Shown: positions 1 to 9,487 of the stretch, piece after piece
Layout of the letters: every line of letters begins with the position of its first letter
Position numbering within the stretch: the first letter of the stretch is position 1
Origin: a virus
Lineage: Duplodnaviria > Caudoviricetes
Reading direction: 5' to 3' (one strand)
DNA length: 64,000 bases
Virus record (IMG/VR): IMGVR_UViG_3300046710_000146
Coordinates: 1-64,000 of that record
Notes under the pieces: generated by a model
Seen by the model: only the letters and a program-made list of their open reading frames with translations
The model's database searches: none
What the model was told of the DNA's origin: nothing
Program-made: the position numbers and the translations under genes

Positions 1-10
1 TCGAGAAGCG

Positions 11-229
11 TTGTCAAATCACCTCGAGTTCAATGATGAGCTTGACTATGAGATGGCCTCGCGGCTCCTGGTGGTGCTCGATGAGCTTGGCAAAGAGGCT
101 CTCACCCCCAAAGCTGCACGTTCACCAGCGTCGCCAGTCGTCGCCGAGGCTGTGCCCTGGGTGTACAGACGAGCTGGCCGTTGCCCACATGGCGTCGCAC
201 TTTTCAACCGTTGTGAACGCTGCGACTGA
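11..229 (+). CDS. hypothetical protein with C-terminal Cys/His cluster (CPHG...CERC)
   Basis: 72-aa ORF, TTG start; 5' end may lie upstream of the window. Confidence 0.5.
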   Translation: MSNHLEFNDELDYEMASRLLVVLDELGKEALTPKAARSPASPVVAEAVPWVYRRAGRCPHGVALFNRCERCD

Positions 230-281
230 AACACTATCTGTCGGCTAATGCCTGTTAACCTCACCACTCTCAAGGACTCTT

Positions 282-1715
282 ATGTCTGAAAAATCAATCT
301 GGTCTCGTGAACGGAACACATCAATGAAGGTGTTCTCGCAGCTCTATGTCGGGATGCATACCGTCTTGACTGGCATTCCGCTTGGTTTTGCCACCCCTTA
401 TGAAGAGAACGCAGCCGGCCGTAAGCGGCAGGAGACGGTGAACAAGTGGCTGGGTGAATACTCGTATGACTATCTGAACAGCGTTCGAGTAAAGAACAAG
501 GTGAACACAAAGATCATCGAGAACACCCCAGCACCAGGGTTCAAGATCACAGATGATGTGAAGCGTGTGTACTGGGGCGGCGGGAACGTGGTCTGGCGAG
601 TTGAGGATCCACGTGGATTCGAGCTCGAGATTCAGTCAAACAACCTGATGGCAATGATCCAGTCATGTGGCATTGAAGAAGGTGGTCTGATTCCAGGGAA
701 CTGTGTCTGGGGCCGATCCGGTGGTGACAACATCCTGCTGCATGAAACAAGCGATGAGTACAAGGACGCTGTGAAGGCAGCCGAAACCCTGAAGGCGCCG
801 AAGCAGGTTGGGAAGGCAAGCCGCCAGATTGGAGCCTTGTACCGTCGCGTCGATGGGTCACTGGGGATCTATCTCGGCAAGGTGCATATGACAGACACGT
901 ATTACAAGGAAGTGCATCAACGTACCAGCCGTGTGACACTTCCTGGTGGGCAGCAACTTCTTGCGAACACCACCACACATGAGATCAACCCATCTGTCGA
1001 GTTCGAGGCGGTGCTCTCGGTAACACCAGGCCCGAATGACACGGTGCTCCCAACACAGGCCTTGAAGCTGTACAAGAAGGCGCCGCTGGTGGATGAGATG
1101 CCCGTTATGGTACAGCTCCCTGAAATCGACAACGCATTCCTGCTGACGTTGGACTGGGAGTTCGCGAGCTCGTCGATCAGTGTTCAACGAATCGTCGCTC
1201 TGACCATGAACCCGATCCCGAACCCTGAAGCCTGCTTGGTGAAACTCCCCGAGCATCTCTTCAAGAAGAAGATCGACGATATGACGATGTACGTGAAGAA
1301 CAACGGAACGTATCGCCCGCCTGCTCACCGCCTCCTTTCTTGGAAGGAAGATGAGGCGGTCGTGATCAACGATATGCTGTGCGATTCCATCGTGATGATT
1401 GGCGATGAATACAACCGGCAGAATGACAAGCAGACGGAGCCGTCGTACCACATCGCACTCCCAGCGGTCTTGAACGGAAGCATGATCACGACCAGCACGA
1501 TACAGAATCAGCACAACAACCCGCTGATACCTAATACCTCGCCCTGGGCCGCTTATCAGAAGGTTCGAGTCGATGCGGCCTTGAACGCAGCGTGTGCAAT
1601 TGACTTTGTGAAGCTGCCGACCTTCAAGGACGGAGCTGAGCTCTTGAAGTACACACAGGATCTTTATGATAACTGTGCGATGTTCTATGTCACGGCCCGG
1701 GAGAGCACGAAATGA
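282..1715 (+). CDS. hypothetical phage protein (477 aa)
   Basis: long ORF, AAGGA SD upstream, phage-like codon usage. Confidence 0.8.
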   Translation: MSEKSIWSRERNTSMKVFSQLYVGMHTVLTGIPLGFATPYEENAAGRKRQETVNKWLGEYSYDYLNSVRVKNKVNTKIIENTPAPGFKITDDVKRVYWGGGNVVWRVEDPRGFELEIQSNNLMAMIQSCGIEEGGLIPGNCVWGRSGGDNILLHETSDEYKDAVKAAETLKAPKQVGKASRQIGALYRRVDGSLGIYLGKVHMTDTYYKEVHQRTSRVTLPGGQQLLANTTTHEINPSVEFEAVLSVTPGPNDTVLPTQALKLYKKAPLVDEMPVMVQLPEIDNAFLLTLDWEFASSSISVQRIVALTMNPIPNPEACLVKLPEHLFKKKIDDMTMYVKNNGTYRPPAHRLLSWKEDEAVVINDMLCDSIVMIGDEYNRQNDKQTEPSYHIALPAVLNGSMITTSTIQNQHNNPLIPNTSPWAAYQKVRVDAALNAACAIDFVKLPTFKDGAELLKYTQDLYDNCAMFYVTARESTK

Positions 1716-2021
1716 ATGAACCTTTAAAAGGCCACGCGGTCTGCCCACGTCTGTCTTGGCACCAAGCGTCGAGCGGTTCGTCCTGAGGAAGAGCAGTACA
1801 AGAAGATCTTCTCAGGGTATGATAAGGAAACGGATACCCTTGCCTGCGGGAACTGTGGCGGTCAAACTATGTCTGGTCGAGCACAGGGGTTCACGAAGAT
1901 CGACCCAAAAACTGGTCTTGGTTGTTCACATGAGTACAAAGGTCGAAACGCTGGGAACTGCTACACAATCTACACCTGCATGAAATGTGGGTCTTCGTAT
2001 GACATTGATTCTGGAGATTAA
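1712..2021 (+). pseudogene. frameshifted zinc-finger protein (about 102 aa if one base near 1748 is removed)
   Basis: ATG 1712 overlaps the upstream stop. MNEPLKGHAVCP continues in the +1 frame as VCLGTK...CGNCGG...CSH...CMKC...YDIDSGD* (TAA 2019-2021). Not in the ORF track. Confidence 0.65.
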
Positions 2022-2022
2022 C

Positions 2023-2211
2023 ATGAAATATTTTTTGATCGCAATCGTCTTTGCGCTTTTCACTGGAATTGGTTCGGCCGTTGGGTCCTTCTTCGGGGCC
2101 GCTATGACAGGGGCGCTGATTGGATTCTTGATCCCATGCCTGTGGTTGGCGATCATGGCGCTGTTCCTCATGGTTGGAGTTTCCGCCATTGAGCGGCTCA
2201 TGAACAAATGA
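2023..2211 (+). CDS. small membrane protein
   Basis: GGAG SD, almost entirely hydrophobic. Confidence 0.7.
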   Translation: MKYFLIAIVFALFTGIGSAVGSFFGAAMTGALIGFLIPCLWLAIMALFLMVGVSAIERLMNK

Positions 2212-2483
2212 GTACCGTCCTCGTCTGGATTCTGATCCTCTCGTCCTTTCAAGGCGGCATGCTGAAGGTTGAGAACATCGCAACCTTTGAAGACTGTGAA
2301 CGCCTGCGTTTACGTGCTGAACACGCCAGTTTTGTTGGAACATCAAAATCTGAACGGTGGAAGACGGTGTCTGGCTCCTGCACACAGGTTCCAATCATGC
2401 AGCCCGCTGCACCCGTGATAAATGTTCCACCGACCACCGCGCCGATCATCAAAAACACCGTGATCATCAGAAAGAACCCATGA
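2208..2483 (+). CDS. hypothetical protein with N-terminal hydrophobic segment
   Basis: ATGA overlap with upstream gene. Confidence 0.65.
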   Translation: MSTVLVWILILSSFQGGMLKVENIATFEDCERLRLRAEHASFVGTSKSERWKTVSGSCTQVPIMQPAAPVINVPPTTAPIIKNTVIIRKNP

Positions 2484-2514
2484 ACCGTGCTCATTTTGAT
2501 TTGGGAGATTAAGA

Positions 2515-2970
2515 ATGTCAGTTTCTTTTGCAACTCGCAGAATGTGGTTCAAACGTGCCCGCCGCATGGGTCTAGCGCTCACGTGGATCTTCTCTTTGGT
2601 TTCATATGTACTGCCGCCAATGTGGATCTTCTGGTTCTATCGTGCGTGGTTCAAGACGTGGAAGAATCGCTCGGGCGATGGATTCGTTTTTGGCTGTGTA
2701 CTGCAACTTGCCGTATTTGCGGCCATTGGTTTTACCACCTGGCAGATGCATCTCAGTCGAGACGCCACACCAGATGAACTGCGGAATGCGCGCGCGGCCG
2801 ATGCTTGCTTTGACAACACAATCGTTCGCCGCGCTGCTGCTTGGGACCGCCCAATCACCGTGCGCGATGTTTGGGTCACACAAGAGGACTGTGCTAAATT
2901 TCTGGATGACATTGCCCGCAAGAAGGCACAAGCCACCGTATTGAAACAACAACTTGGAAATAACAAATGA
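2515..2970 (+). CDS. hypothetical membrane protein
   Basis: GGAG SD, two hydrophobic segments. Confidence 0.7.
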   Translation: MSVSFATRRMWFKRARRMGLALTWIFSLVSYVLPPMWIFWFYRAWFKTWKNRSGDGFVFGCVLQLAVFAAIGFTTWQMHLSRDATPDELRNARAADACFDNTIVRRAAAWDRPITVRDVWVTQEDCAKFLDDIARKKAQATVLKQQLGNNK

Positions 2971-3419
2971 GACTTTATTCCTTCGTAAATTACTACCTGT
3001 CGCAACTTCAGGCCGGATTACAAACTGCGCATTGTGTCAGCAAGATGAGCGTCTCGTACAACGCCGAAACAGTTGAGCGCGATACATATCGCGACTGGGC
3101 TGTGAATTACGAAACAATCATCATCTGCAATGGTGGGAACTCCGCGATGCTTGAGGATGTGTTCAGCACGCTCGCCGAGCATGCTGAGCAATATGAACTG
3201 CCACTCGTGAAGTTCTACGAAGATGAGCAATCGCTGAACAACGCCTTGACCTCGGTGGCGATCGTCGTGCCTGCACGGTTCTATGATGCGAAGTTCGTCA
3301 AGGGTCAAGAAGGGCTCGGCGACTGGTATGTGAACGTAGAGAACCCCTCTGACTTCTTCCAGGAAGGTTCACCTGAGTTCGCGTTCATCTCATTCCTGAA
3401 ATCCTTTCGATTGGCTTGA
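2967..3419 (+). CDS. peptidyl-tRNA hydrolase 2 (PTH2)-like protein
   Basis: LQAGLQTAH, TIIICNGG and FYEDEQSLNNALTSVAIVVP pattern resembles the PTH2 fold. Confidence 0.5.
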   Translation: MRLYSFVNYYLSQLQAGLQTAHCVSKMSVSYNAETVERDTYRDWAVNYETIIICNGGNSAMLEDVFSTLAEHAEQYELPLVKFYEDEQSLNNALTSVAIVVPARFYDAKFVKGQEGLGDWYVNVENPSDFFQEGSPEFAFISFLKSFRLA

Positions 3420-3658
3420 ACATGCTGCCTGTACTTAAAGAACTGCTGACTGAGGCTGGGATCCACGATAACTGGAATGCAGCCGACTGGTACTCTATCA
3501 GCCCGGCTCAACTTGAAAAATTTGCCGAGTTGATCGTCAAAAAAAGTGCTGATGCCGCTGATATGGCATACGACGCACGTTGTATCTACCCCGGGGATTA
3601 TGTTGTCGAGCAACTGGGATATGAACAGGCGGTGCGACACGATTGGGCAAGCACATGA
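3416..3658 (+). CDS. hypothetical protein
   Basis: overlap-coupled ORF. Confidence 0.55.
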   Translation: MNMLPVLKELLTEAGIHDNWNAADWYSISPAQLEKFAELIVKKSADAADMAYDARCIYPGDYVVEQLGYEQAVRHDWAST

Positions 3659-3840
3659 TCGGCACGTTGAACTCACTGCCAGACTGTAAGTCGTTGCACA
3701 AGTTCTTGACGGTCGGCAAGAAGTATGAGATACGTGGTGAACTTGGAAATGGATTCATTGTCTATGTCTGGAAACCAGGCAAGGATCCAGAAGATGGGTT
3801 GATGCAGTTGTTGATACTGGCGAGCCGATTCGACATTTGA
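3655..3840 (+). CDS. hypothetical protein
   Basis: ATGA overlap at 3655. Confidence 0.55.
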   Translation: MIGTLNSLPDCKSLHKFLTVGKKYEIRGELGNGFIVYVWKPGKDPEDGLMQLLILASRFDI

Positions 3841-3906
3841 ACCAAAACTTGGGATGAGCAGTCCCTCGTTTTCGGTTACAATTGATGTACGAACAAAGGA
3901 GCCCAT

Positions 3907-4545
3907 ATGGACAACACCCTCGCCACCCAATGCATTGACCGCCAATCAGCCGCGATAGCTCGACTGCACGCTGTTATCGAAACCGCTGAATACCAAATTA
4001 TCACGGAGCTGGTAACCGAAATTGCGGGGATGGACTACAACGCTCGTGTGGTTATTGCGGGGGTCGGTAAGAACGCGAACATCGCTCACAAGATCAGCGA
4101 GACGATGGCAAGCCTCGGGATCCCATCATTCTTCTTGAACGTGTCACACTGCGGGCACGGTGATTACGGATTCGTGGGTCACAACGATGTGGTCATTCAC
4201 ATCAGTCGTTCTGGGCAGACGCGTGAGATGCTTGAGGTGATCAAACACCTGAAGGTCATTCGCCCGAATGTGAATCAAGTCTTGATCCATTGCAAGAAGG
4301 ACAAGCCAAAGAACGAAGACGTGAACATTGAGCTCTTCATTGGCTCAGTCGCTGAGGGTGATGAATTCGGTCTGGCCCCGACCACGAGCACGACGGCGCT
4401 GCTCTGCATTCTTGACTGCATCTCCGTGCAGGTGTCGCACAATCTTGGCTTCAAGCGATTAGACTTCTTGAAGTTCCATCCGGATGGGAAATTGGGAGAA
4501 CTTCTTAAACAGGAGGTTGGCGCCATGAACAAGACCATCCCTTAG
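3907..4545 (+). CDS. SIS-domain sugar-phosphate isomerase, KdsD/GutQ (arabinose-5-phosphate isomerase)-like, without CBS domains
   Basis: GVGKNANIAHKISETMASLG, HGDYG, ISRSGQTRE, APTTSTT and FHPDGKLG motifs; AAGGAG SD; TACAAT at 3877. Confidence 0.85.
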   Translation: MDNTLATQCIDRQSAAIARLHAVIETAEYQIITELVTEIAGMDYNARVVIAGVGKNANIAHKISETMASLGIPSFFLNVSHCGHGDYGFVGHNDVVIHISRSGQTREMLEVIKHLKVIRPNVNQVLIHCKKDKPKNEDVNIELFIGSVAEGDEFGLAPTTSTTALLCILDCISVQVSHNLGFKRLDFLKFHPDGKLGELLKQEVGAMNKTIP

Positions 4546-5167
4546 AGGGTCCTCTAGCTACTGGTCTATTCTGATTCTTTACCCACCGCAAAGAGGATTC
4601 CGATATGGACTTTTCTTTGCAGAAAGTTCTGAGGCATGAAACCCCGTAGCTGGCTCCTGTTGGGTCTACAAGAACCCATTGCTTAGAACTTGGGTTGTTT
4701 TCTCCACTTGATCTTGTAGAGATCTTTGCTTTTGCTTCAGCAGTGTGTTTGAAGCCGCTCACAGATAATGAAATTTTGTGTTTGGTCTTTTCAGTTTGTG
4801 CGACTCCCTTATTCCAAGCTTTTCTGATTTCGCCATTTGATTTGATCGTTGTAGGATTAGCAAACCCTCGGCCGCCGCGAGTGATGTTGAGCAGAGGACC
4901 ACCATCCTGTTTTCTTTTGTATTGCGCGATCAGCTCTATTTCAAGGTCAAATGCCTCATCTTGTGTTAGGTTTTCAGCAGTTCTGACAATTGTTGGGGCG
5001 ATATTCATCCTCTTCATTTTGGCTAGCCGATTGTAGAATGGAAGATTCTTTCGAGTATCGGGGTTTTTAAGGTGAGACTTATCCCGCCTATTCTTACCCT
5101 CCCCAATGTAAAAGGGTTCATTCTGCCGGCTAGGGTCAGAGTACATGTAAACGTAGTAGATATTCAT
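4505..5167 (-). mobile_element. free-standing GIY-YIG-type homing endonuclease with NUMOD3-like C-terminal repeats
   Basis: YYVYMY...FYIGEG..R..H, E..LI, LLN; HTAEAKAKIS and GENNP motifs; ATG 5167 lies 5 nt from TAAATA. Confidence 0.8.
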
Positions 5168-5215
5168 AAACCTATTTAGCACCCAGACGGTGCAAGTAAG
5201 AAAGTAAACAAACAA

Positions 5216-6877
5216 ATGGTCAATCTCGTAATTGTTGCTGGTGGTCTTGGGTCGCGACTCGCCCCGCTCACGAACTACATTCCAAAGTTCCTCGTGAACA
5301 TTGGCAAGGAAACCGGATTTGTTGAACAGATTCGGTACTGGAAACAGTACCATCCCGATTCAATCACGGTTATCGTGCACTCCGCGTACAAGGACATGGT
5401 GCAGGCGTACTACAACATGTACTTCAAGGGTGACGAGGACCTGAAGGTGATTGATCCAGATTGGTATATGACCTCGACCCCTTTCATTGTGAAGACGGTT
5501 GATGAGGCAAATGGGTCAGCACACGCGATCTTCAGCACGTGTTGGCACTTGAATGATCAACCAGTGTTGTTCACCTGGTGTGACGTGCTCCCAGCCGAAA
5601 CCTTCGACATCGAGCAGTTGAATCACGGTGGCCCAATCGCGTTCACGAACTACGATCATCCGAATCGCTATGATCTCATGCAGACTGGCACTGGGTGGTC
5701 GCAGCGTGAGCTCAAGATCCGTGAAGATGGGCGTGGTGGAATCTTTGGCATGTACTACGTGTCGACGTACCGTGCACAATCACATGTCGATGGGCAGGAC
5801 TTCGCGGATGTCCTTGGGCTGTACTCAACCGATGGGTACGTCAATGAGGTCAAGATCGGCTCAATCATTGACTTTGGTGATAAACCGAAGCTTGAACGAA
5901 CTCGTGAAACGGCAGATGGTGCACGCTCGTTCAACTCAGTTCAGATGCACGGTGATCTGGTTCTCAAAAGCGCCTTGAATGACCAGGGTAAGGTTCTGAT
6001 TGAGCGTGAAATCAAGTGGTACTCGTATCTTGAGGGTGCACGATCGCTTGTATGCCGCCCGAGCATTTGGCCATCCACCGATCGAACCTCGTTCGTGATG
6101 ACGAAGGTCAAGGGTGTTCCAATTTGGACGCTATGGCCGCAGTTGGATGACGATGGTCGAGCCATGGTCTTAACACGGGTGTTTGAGCAGCTTGACCTGC
6201 TCCACAACATTAATCTATCCGTTGGAAATGCGGTTGTGAAGCGTGATGTGCAAGCTGAGGCGTTCGACAAGCTCTTGAATCGACATGAAGAGATTGACGC
6301 GATGATCCAGTCATTTGGCCCTGTTACGTGGGTGAACGGGCAGAAGTTGAAGAACGCGTTCAATCCACGTGCAACGATCGGCGATCTGTTCGAGCGGCTT
6401 ATCAAGTTCTACGACGGGGTCGAGGTGCATCAGTTGATCCACGGTGACCTACAGATGTCGAACTCAATGATCGACCCTGACACGCTCGAGGTTACATTCA
6501 TTGACCCGCGTGGGTACTTTGGCAAGACCGATACGTTTGGTGTTGCGGATTACGACGTGGCTAAGCTGTTGTATTCGCTGAGCGGCTATGATCTCTTCAA
6601 CTACTCGAAGGACTTTCACCTGAAGCACAACGGCCTATGCCCAGAGACACACGGCCAGTGGGAGATAAAGTTCGATATTCCGCAGCCAAATCTGAGTGGT
6701 TGCAGCCAGATCATCGCTGATCGTTTCAGTGAAGTTCATGACCTTTGGTTGGCAGTCGTCTGGATTGGGCTCGCACAGTATATCCGCTCAGACCCCATTA
6801 AGATGGTCGCTGCCCATTTCCACGGGTTAGCAATGGCTGAGCGAGTTCTTGCTGGTGAACGGGCGTTCACACGTTGA
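5216..6877 (+). CDS. sugar-phosphate nucleotidyltransferase fused to an APH/choline-kinase-like phosphotransferase
   Basis: N-terminal AGGLGSRL.PLT..IPK; C-terminal IHGDLQMSN, FIDPRG and YDVAKL. Confidence 0.85.
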   Translation: MVNLVIVAGGLGSRLAPLTNYIPKFLVNIGKETGFVEQIRYWKQYHPDSITVIVHSAYKDMVQAYYNMYFKGDEDLKVIDPDWYMTSTPFIVKTVDEANGSAHAIFSTCWHLNDQPVLFTWCDVLPAETFDIEQLNHGGPIAFTNYDHPNRYDLMQTGTGWSQRELKIREDGRGGIFGMYYVSTYRAQSHVDGQDFADVLGLYSTDGYVNEVKIGSIIDFGDKPKLERTRETADGARSFNSVQMHGDLVLKSALNDQGKVLIEREIKWYSYLEGARSLVCRPSIWPSTDRTSFVMTKVKGVPIWTLWPQLDDDGRAMVLTRVFEQLDLLHNINLSVGNAVVKRDVQAEAFDKLLNRHEEIDAMIQSFGPVTWVNGQKLKNAFNPRATIGDLFERLIKFYDGVEVHQLIHGDLQMSNSMIDPDTLEVTFIDPRGYFGKTDTFGVADYDVAKLLYSLSGYDLFNYSKDFHLKHNGLCPETHGQWEIKFDIPQPNLSGCSQIIADRFSEVHDLWLAVVWIGLAQYIRSDPIKMVAAHFHGLAMAERVLAGERAFTR

Positions 6878-7397
6878 TTGTCTTGCCGTCCCAGAAGTAC
6901 TTCTGAGCGGCTGGCTTGATCTTGGTGCTTGACCGCTCGGCGGTCAAGCCGTTCTTCTCAATCCAAGCGAAGAACTCCGGTGATAGATGCCGTGCTCGTA
7001 TCCCAACAAGTTGAAGCTGCACTGGCATTGGTACGTCACCGTTTATCGCTTTGAATGCATCAGCTCTGGCACGACCCTCGTGACCGGTGACCTTCACCTC
7101 CGTCGGACTGCTTGGATCACCGATGATGTCAATGTCCAACCAAGGGGTGGCAATTGATTCACCATCCTTTATCTTCTTGATCATATCGCCAGCGGTGTCT
7201 GATCGATCAGCTGCGGTAGCAAGCTTTCGAAAGACACTTGGGCGCATCATTGCAACCGCACCTCGGTACAAAACATTCTGGCTCATAGGGGTGTGCCCCA
7301 TGCCGTGCTCGTTGTCGAACTTCACATCGCCAACGGTAAAAGAGGTATCCACATTTCCGGCGGATGGAGCGGCTTCGAAGAGGTGTTCAAGTTTCAT
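6867..7397 (-). CDS. late hypothetical protein, possible ParB/Srx-like motif, candidate head-packaged protein
   Basis: TAAATA-N5-ATG; N-terminal MKLEHLFE; GHEGRARA motif. Confidence 0.6.
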   Translation of the reverse strand: MKLEHLFEAAPSAGNVDTSFTVGDVKFDNEHGMGHTPMSQNVLYRGAVAMMRPSVFRKLATAADRSDTAGDMIKKIKDGESIATPWLDIDIIGDPSSPTEVKVTGHEGRARADAFKAINGDVPMPVQLQLVGIRARHLSPEFFAWIEKNGLTAERSSTKIKPAAQKYFWDGKTINV

Positions 7398-7411
7398 GCG
7401 GATATTTAGCC

Positions 7412-7458
7412 GTTACATCTGTCAAGGCTGTTACGAATTGGTGTGATACAATTCACCC
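7412..7458 (+). promoter_or_regulatory. GTTACA-repeat promoter with extended -10 (TGaTACAAT), leaderless
   Basis: GTTACA 7412, GTTACG 7430, TACAAT 7447, ATG 7459. Confidence 0.65.
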
Positions 7459-7758
7459 ATGAACAAACAAACCATCTGCACTGAAATCCGTTCTTCACGG
7501 TTTGATTTTGACACCCCAACAAAAACCTTCGTTACCGAAATGTCGGCGCTGGAACGTATGGATCCGTTGCGTCAGATCTGGAATGACTCATGCGACGCTG
7601 GTTTCGTGTTGATCTCATCTCAAACTGGTGCCAGGCTGGTCATGGTGCTCGTTGAAGAGCCGCGTCTCCCTGGTGTTGAAACAATCCGCTGGGTCTTCAC
7701 CGCCGTTTCTAACGATCCCGGTCTCCAAAAGCTACGTGCAACAATCTGGAACACATGA
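7459..7758 (+). CDS. hypothetical protein
   Basis: ORF directly after promoter. Confidence 0.7.
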   Translation: MNKQTICTEIRSSRFDFDTPTKTFVTEMSALERMDPLRQIWNDSCDAGFVLISSQTGARLVMVLVEEPRLPGVETIRWVFTAVSNDPGLQKLRATIWNT

Positions 7759-8051
7759 TGTCTAACTTCCTTGATCTTTCCGTCAAGAACTTCACTGGGA
7801 ACTACACCCATAAGGCGAAGGCGTTCGACGTGAAGACGCAGATCTTGATGAAGATTCCAAAATGGGATCTCACGACGATTCGGCTGATTGGCACGAACTT
7901 TAACATCACCGAGTTCCTGCGTGGCGTGAACTCTGGTAGCAATCCACAGCTCTCTGAAGCTGCGATCCGCGATCTTGTTCAAGCGATCAAGCCACTGATC
8001 GAAGATGCACCGCACTGGAAAAATCGTACTTTGATGGAGAACCGAAAGTGA
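7755..8051 (+). CDS. hypothetical protein
   Basis: ATGA overlap. Confidence 0.65.
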   Translation: MMSNFLDLSVKNFTGNYTHKAKAFDVKTQILMKIPKWDLTTIRLIGTNFNITEFLRGVNSGSNPQLSEAAIRDLVQAIKPLIEDAPHWKNRTLMENRK

Positions 8052-8440
8052 CTAGGATCAATGTCATTCCACCCAGTCACCTCTCAGATAAGCATCTTGG
8101 TGCCGAGTACCGGGAACTTCCAAGGGTCTTTGGGCTAGTCCGTCGCGCCGTTGAACGTGGAGAGAAACCCAGTGATCTCAGAAATCCCAAGGAGTATGTT
8201 CTGGGTGCTGGTCATGTTCGATTCTTCTATCCTCGCCTGGCGTACATTTCCGCCAGGTACCTAATCCTTTGCGCTGAATGTTCAGCTCGTGGTCGGAAGG
8301 TAAATTTTGGAAACCTGGAAGAATTAGTACAGGGAATTCCACGAGAATGGTTCAAGCACTGGACCCCCACACCAACTGCTGTTCTGCTTAACATCGACCG
8401 AATCAACGAACGTGGAGGACTTAAACATGCTAACTCTTAA
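8048..8440 (+). CDS. denV: pyrimidine-dimer DNA glycosylase / endonuclease V
   Basis: MTRIN, LSDKHLGAEYRELPRVF and LGAGHVRFFY motifs. Confidence 0.93.
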   Translation: MTRINVIPPSHLSDKHLGAEYRELPRVFGLVRRAVERGEKPSDLRNPKEYVLGAGHVRFFYPRLAYISARYLILCAECSARGRKVNFGNLEELVQGIPREWFKHWTPTPTAVLLNIDRINERGGLKHANS

Positions 8441-9236
8441 AACCAAGACCCCAGAAGGCCCTGAGGTCCGAAACATCAGTGATGAACTGAATCGATTCGT
8501 TGGGATGACCATTCGTGAAGCGTTCGTGATCAGCGGGCGATATGCCCGTGGTTCACTTGATCTATCGAAGATGAAGAACGCGCAGATCATGCGGGTGATT
8601 GTGAAAGGCAAGCTACTTGCCTTCGTGCTCTCGAACAATGAAGAGGTCTTTGCCGCGTTGAGCACCCTCGGTATGACGGGGGAATGGTGCGCGCAGATGG
8701 CACCGCCAACGGATGCTCGCATCGAGCTTACTCTTACCGGCGCTGGTGAGCAGACGCTGTACTTCAACGATCCACGGAACTTTGGAACCTTCAAGGTCGT
8801 CTCGTATGTTGAAATGCGCCGGAAGCTCGCTGAGCTTGGCCCCGACATCATGGTTGCTTCAAACTTGTGGGGAGCAATTGCGATCCCTGAGTTCAAGGCA
8901 CGGATCACTCGATTTGGAAAGGCGCTGACTCTCGCTGAGGGGCTGCTGGATCAACGAATTGTTTCTGGTGTTGGGAACTACATCCGGTCAGACGCGATGT
9001 TCCTGGCTCGCATGTCGCCCCACCGACCGATATCTGGGCTGTCTGACGATGAGCTGCGAACGATCTGGCATGCGATGTACACGATCGCGGTCTCTTCGTA
9101 CGCAAATGTGCACCCAGGAGATATGGTCAATCCTAATAGTCACTTTGAGCACCTTTGCTACGGGCATGAGGAGCTCGAGTCCTACCACGATAAGCATGGG
9201 CATGTCGTGTTCTACAACAAGGAGATTCAAGCATGA
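8427..9236 (+). CDS. Fpg/Nei-family DNA glycosylase (no C-terminal Cys4 zinc finger)
   Basis: PEGPEV, KGK, LGMTG, FNDPRNFG, LGPD and H2TH LLDQ.IVSGVGNY motifs; GGAGGA SD at 8414. Confidence 0.88.
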   Translation: MLTLKTKTPEGPEVRNISDELNRFVGMTIREAFVISGRYARGSLDLSKMKNAQIMRVIVKGKLLAFVLSNNEEVFAALSTLGMTGEWCAQMAPPTDARIELTLTGAGEQTLYFNDPRNFGTFKVVSYVEMRRKLAELGPDIMVASNLWGAIAIPEFKARITRFGKALTLAEGLLDQRIVSGVGNYIRSDAMFLARMSPHRPISGLSDDELRTIWHAMYTIAVSSYANVHPGDMVNPNSHFEHLCYGHEELESYHDKHGHVVFYNKEIQA

Positions 9237-9487
9237 AACGCTGCAAGAACATTACCTGCTGGACGGACTATCCGTTCACTGAACTTGGCGACGAACCATA
9301 CAAGCCAGCGCCCATTCGCCGCGTGAACGTTATTCGGTATGACGGGGACAAGTACGCCACGGTCTCATTCAAAGATCATGGTGATCACCTGAGCGTCAAG
9401 GCTGGATACCTGTACAGCCAACCCGGCAGATGTGGCCGGGTTCGTACCATGAATCGTCGAAAACTTGAAAGGATGTTCCCAAAATGA
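9233..9487 (+). CDS. hypothetical protein
   Basis: AGGAG SD, ATGA overlap. Confidence 0.7.
   Translation: MKRCKNITCWTDYPFTELGDEPYKPAPIRRVNVIRYDGDKYATVSFKDHGDHLSVKAGYLYSQPGRCGRVRTMNRRKLERMFPK

Noticed and set aside
1716-1730. RF2-like CTT-TAA +1 frameshift
   Set aside because: Shifting there enters a frame that does not give the zinc-finger protein.
5168-5353. N-terminal extension of the GIY-YIG ORF
   Set aside because: Overlaps the nucleotidyltransferase; the nuclease motif and promoter point to ATG 5167.
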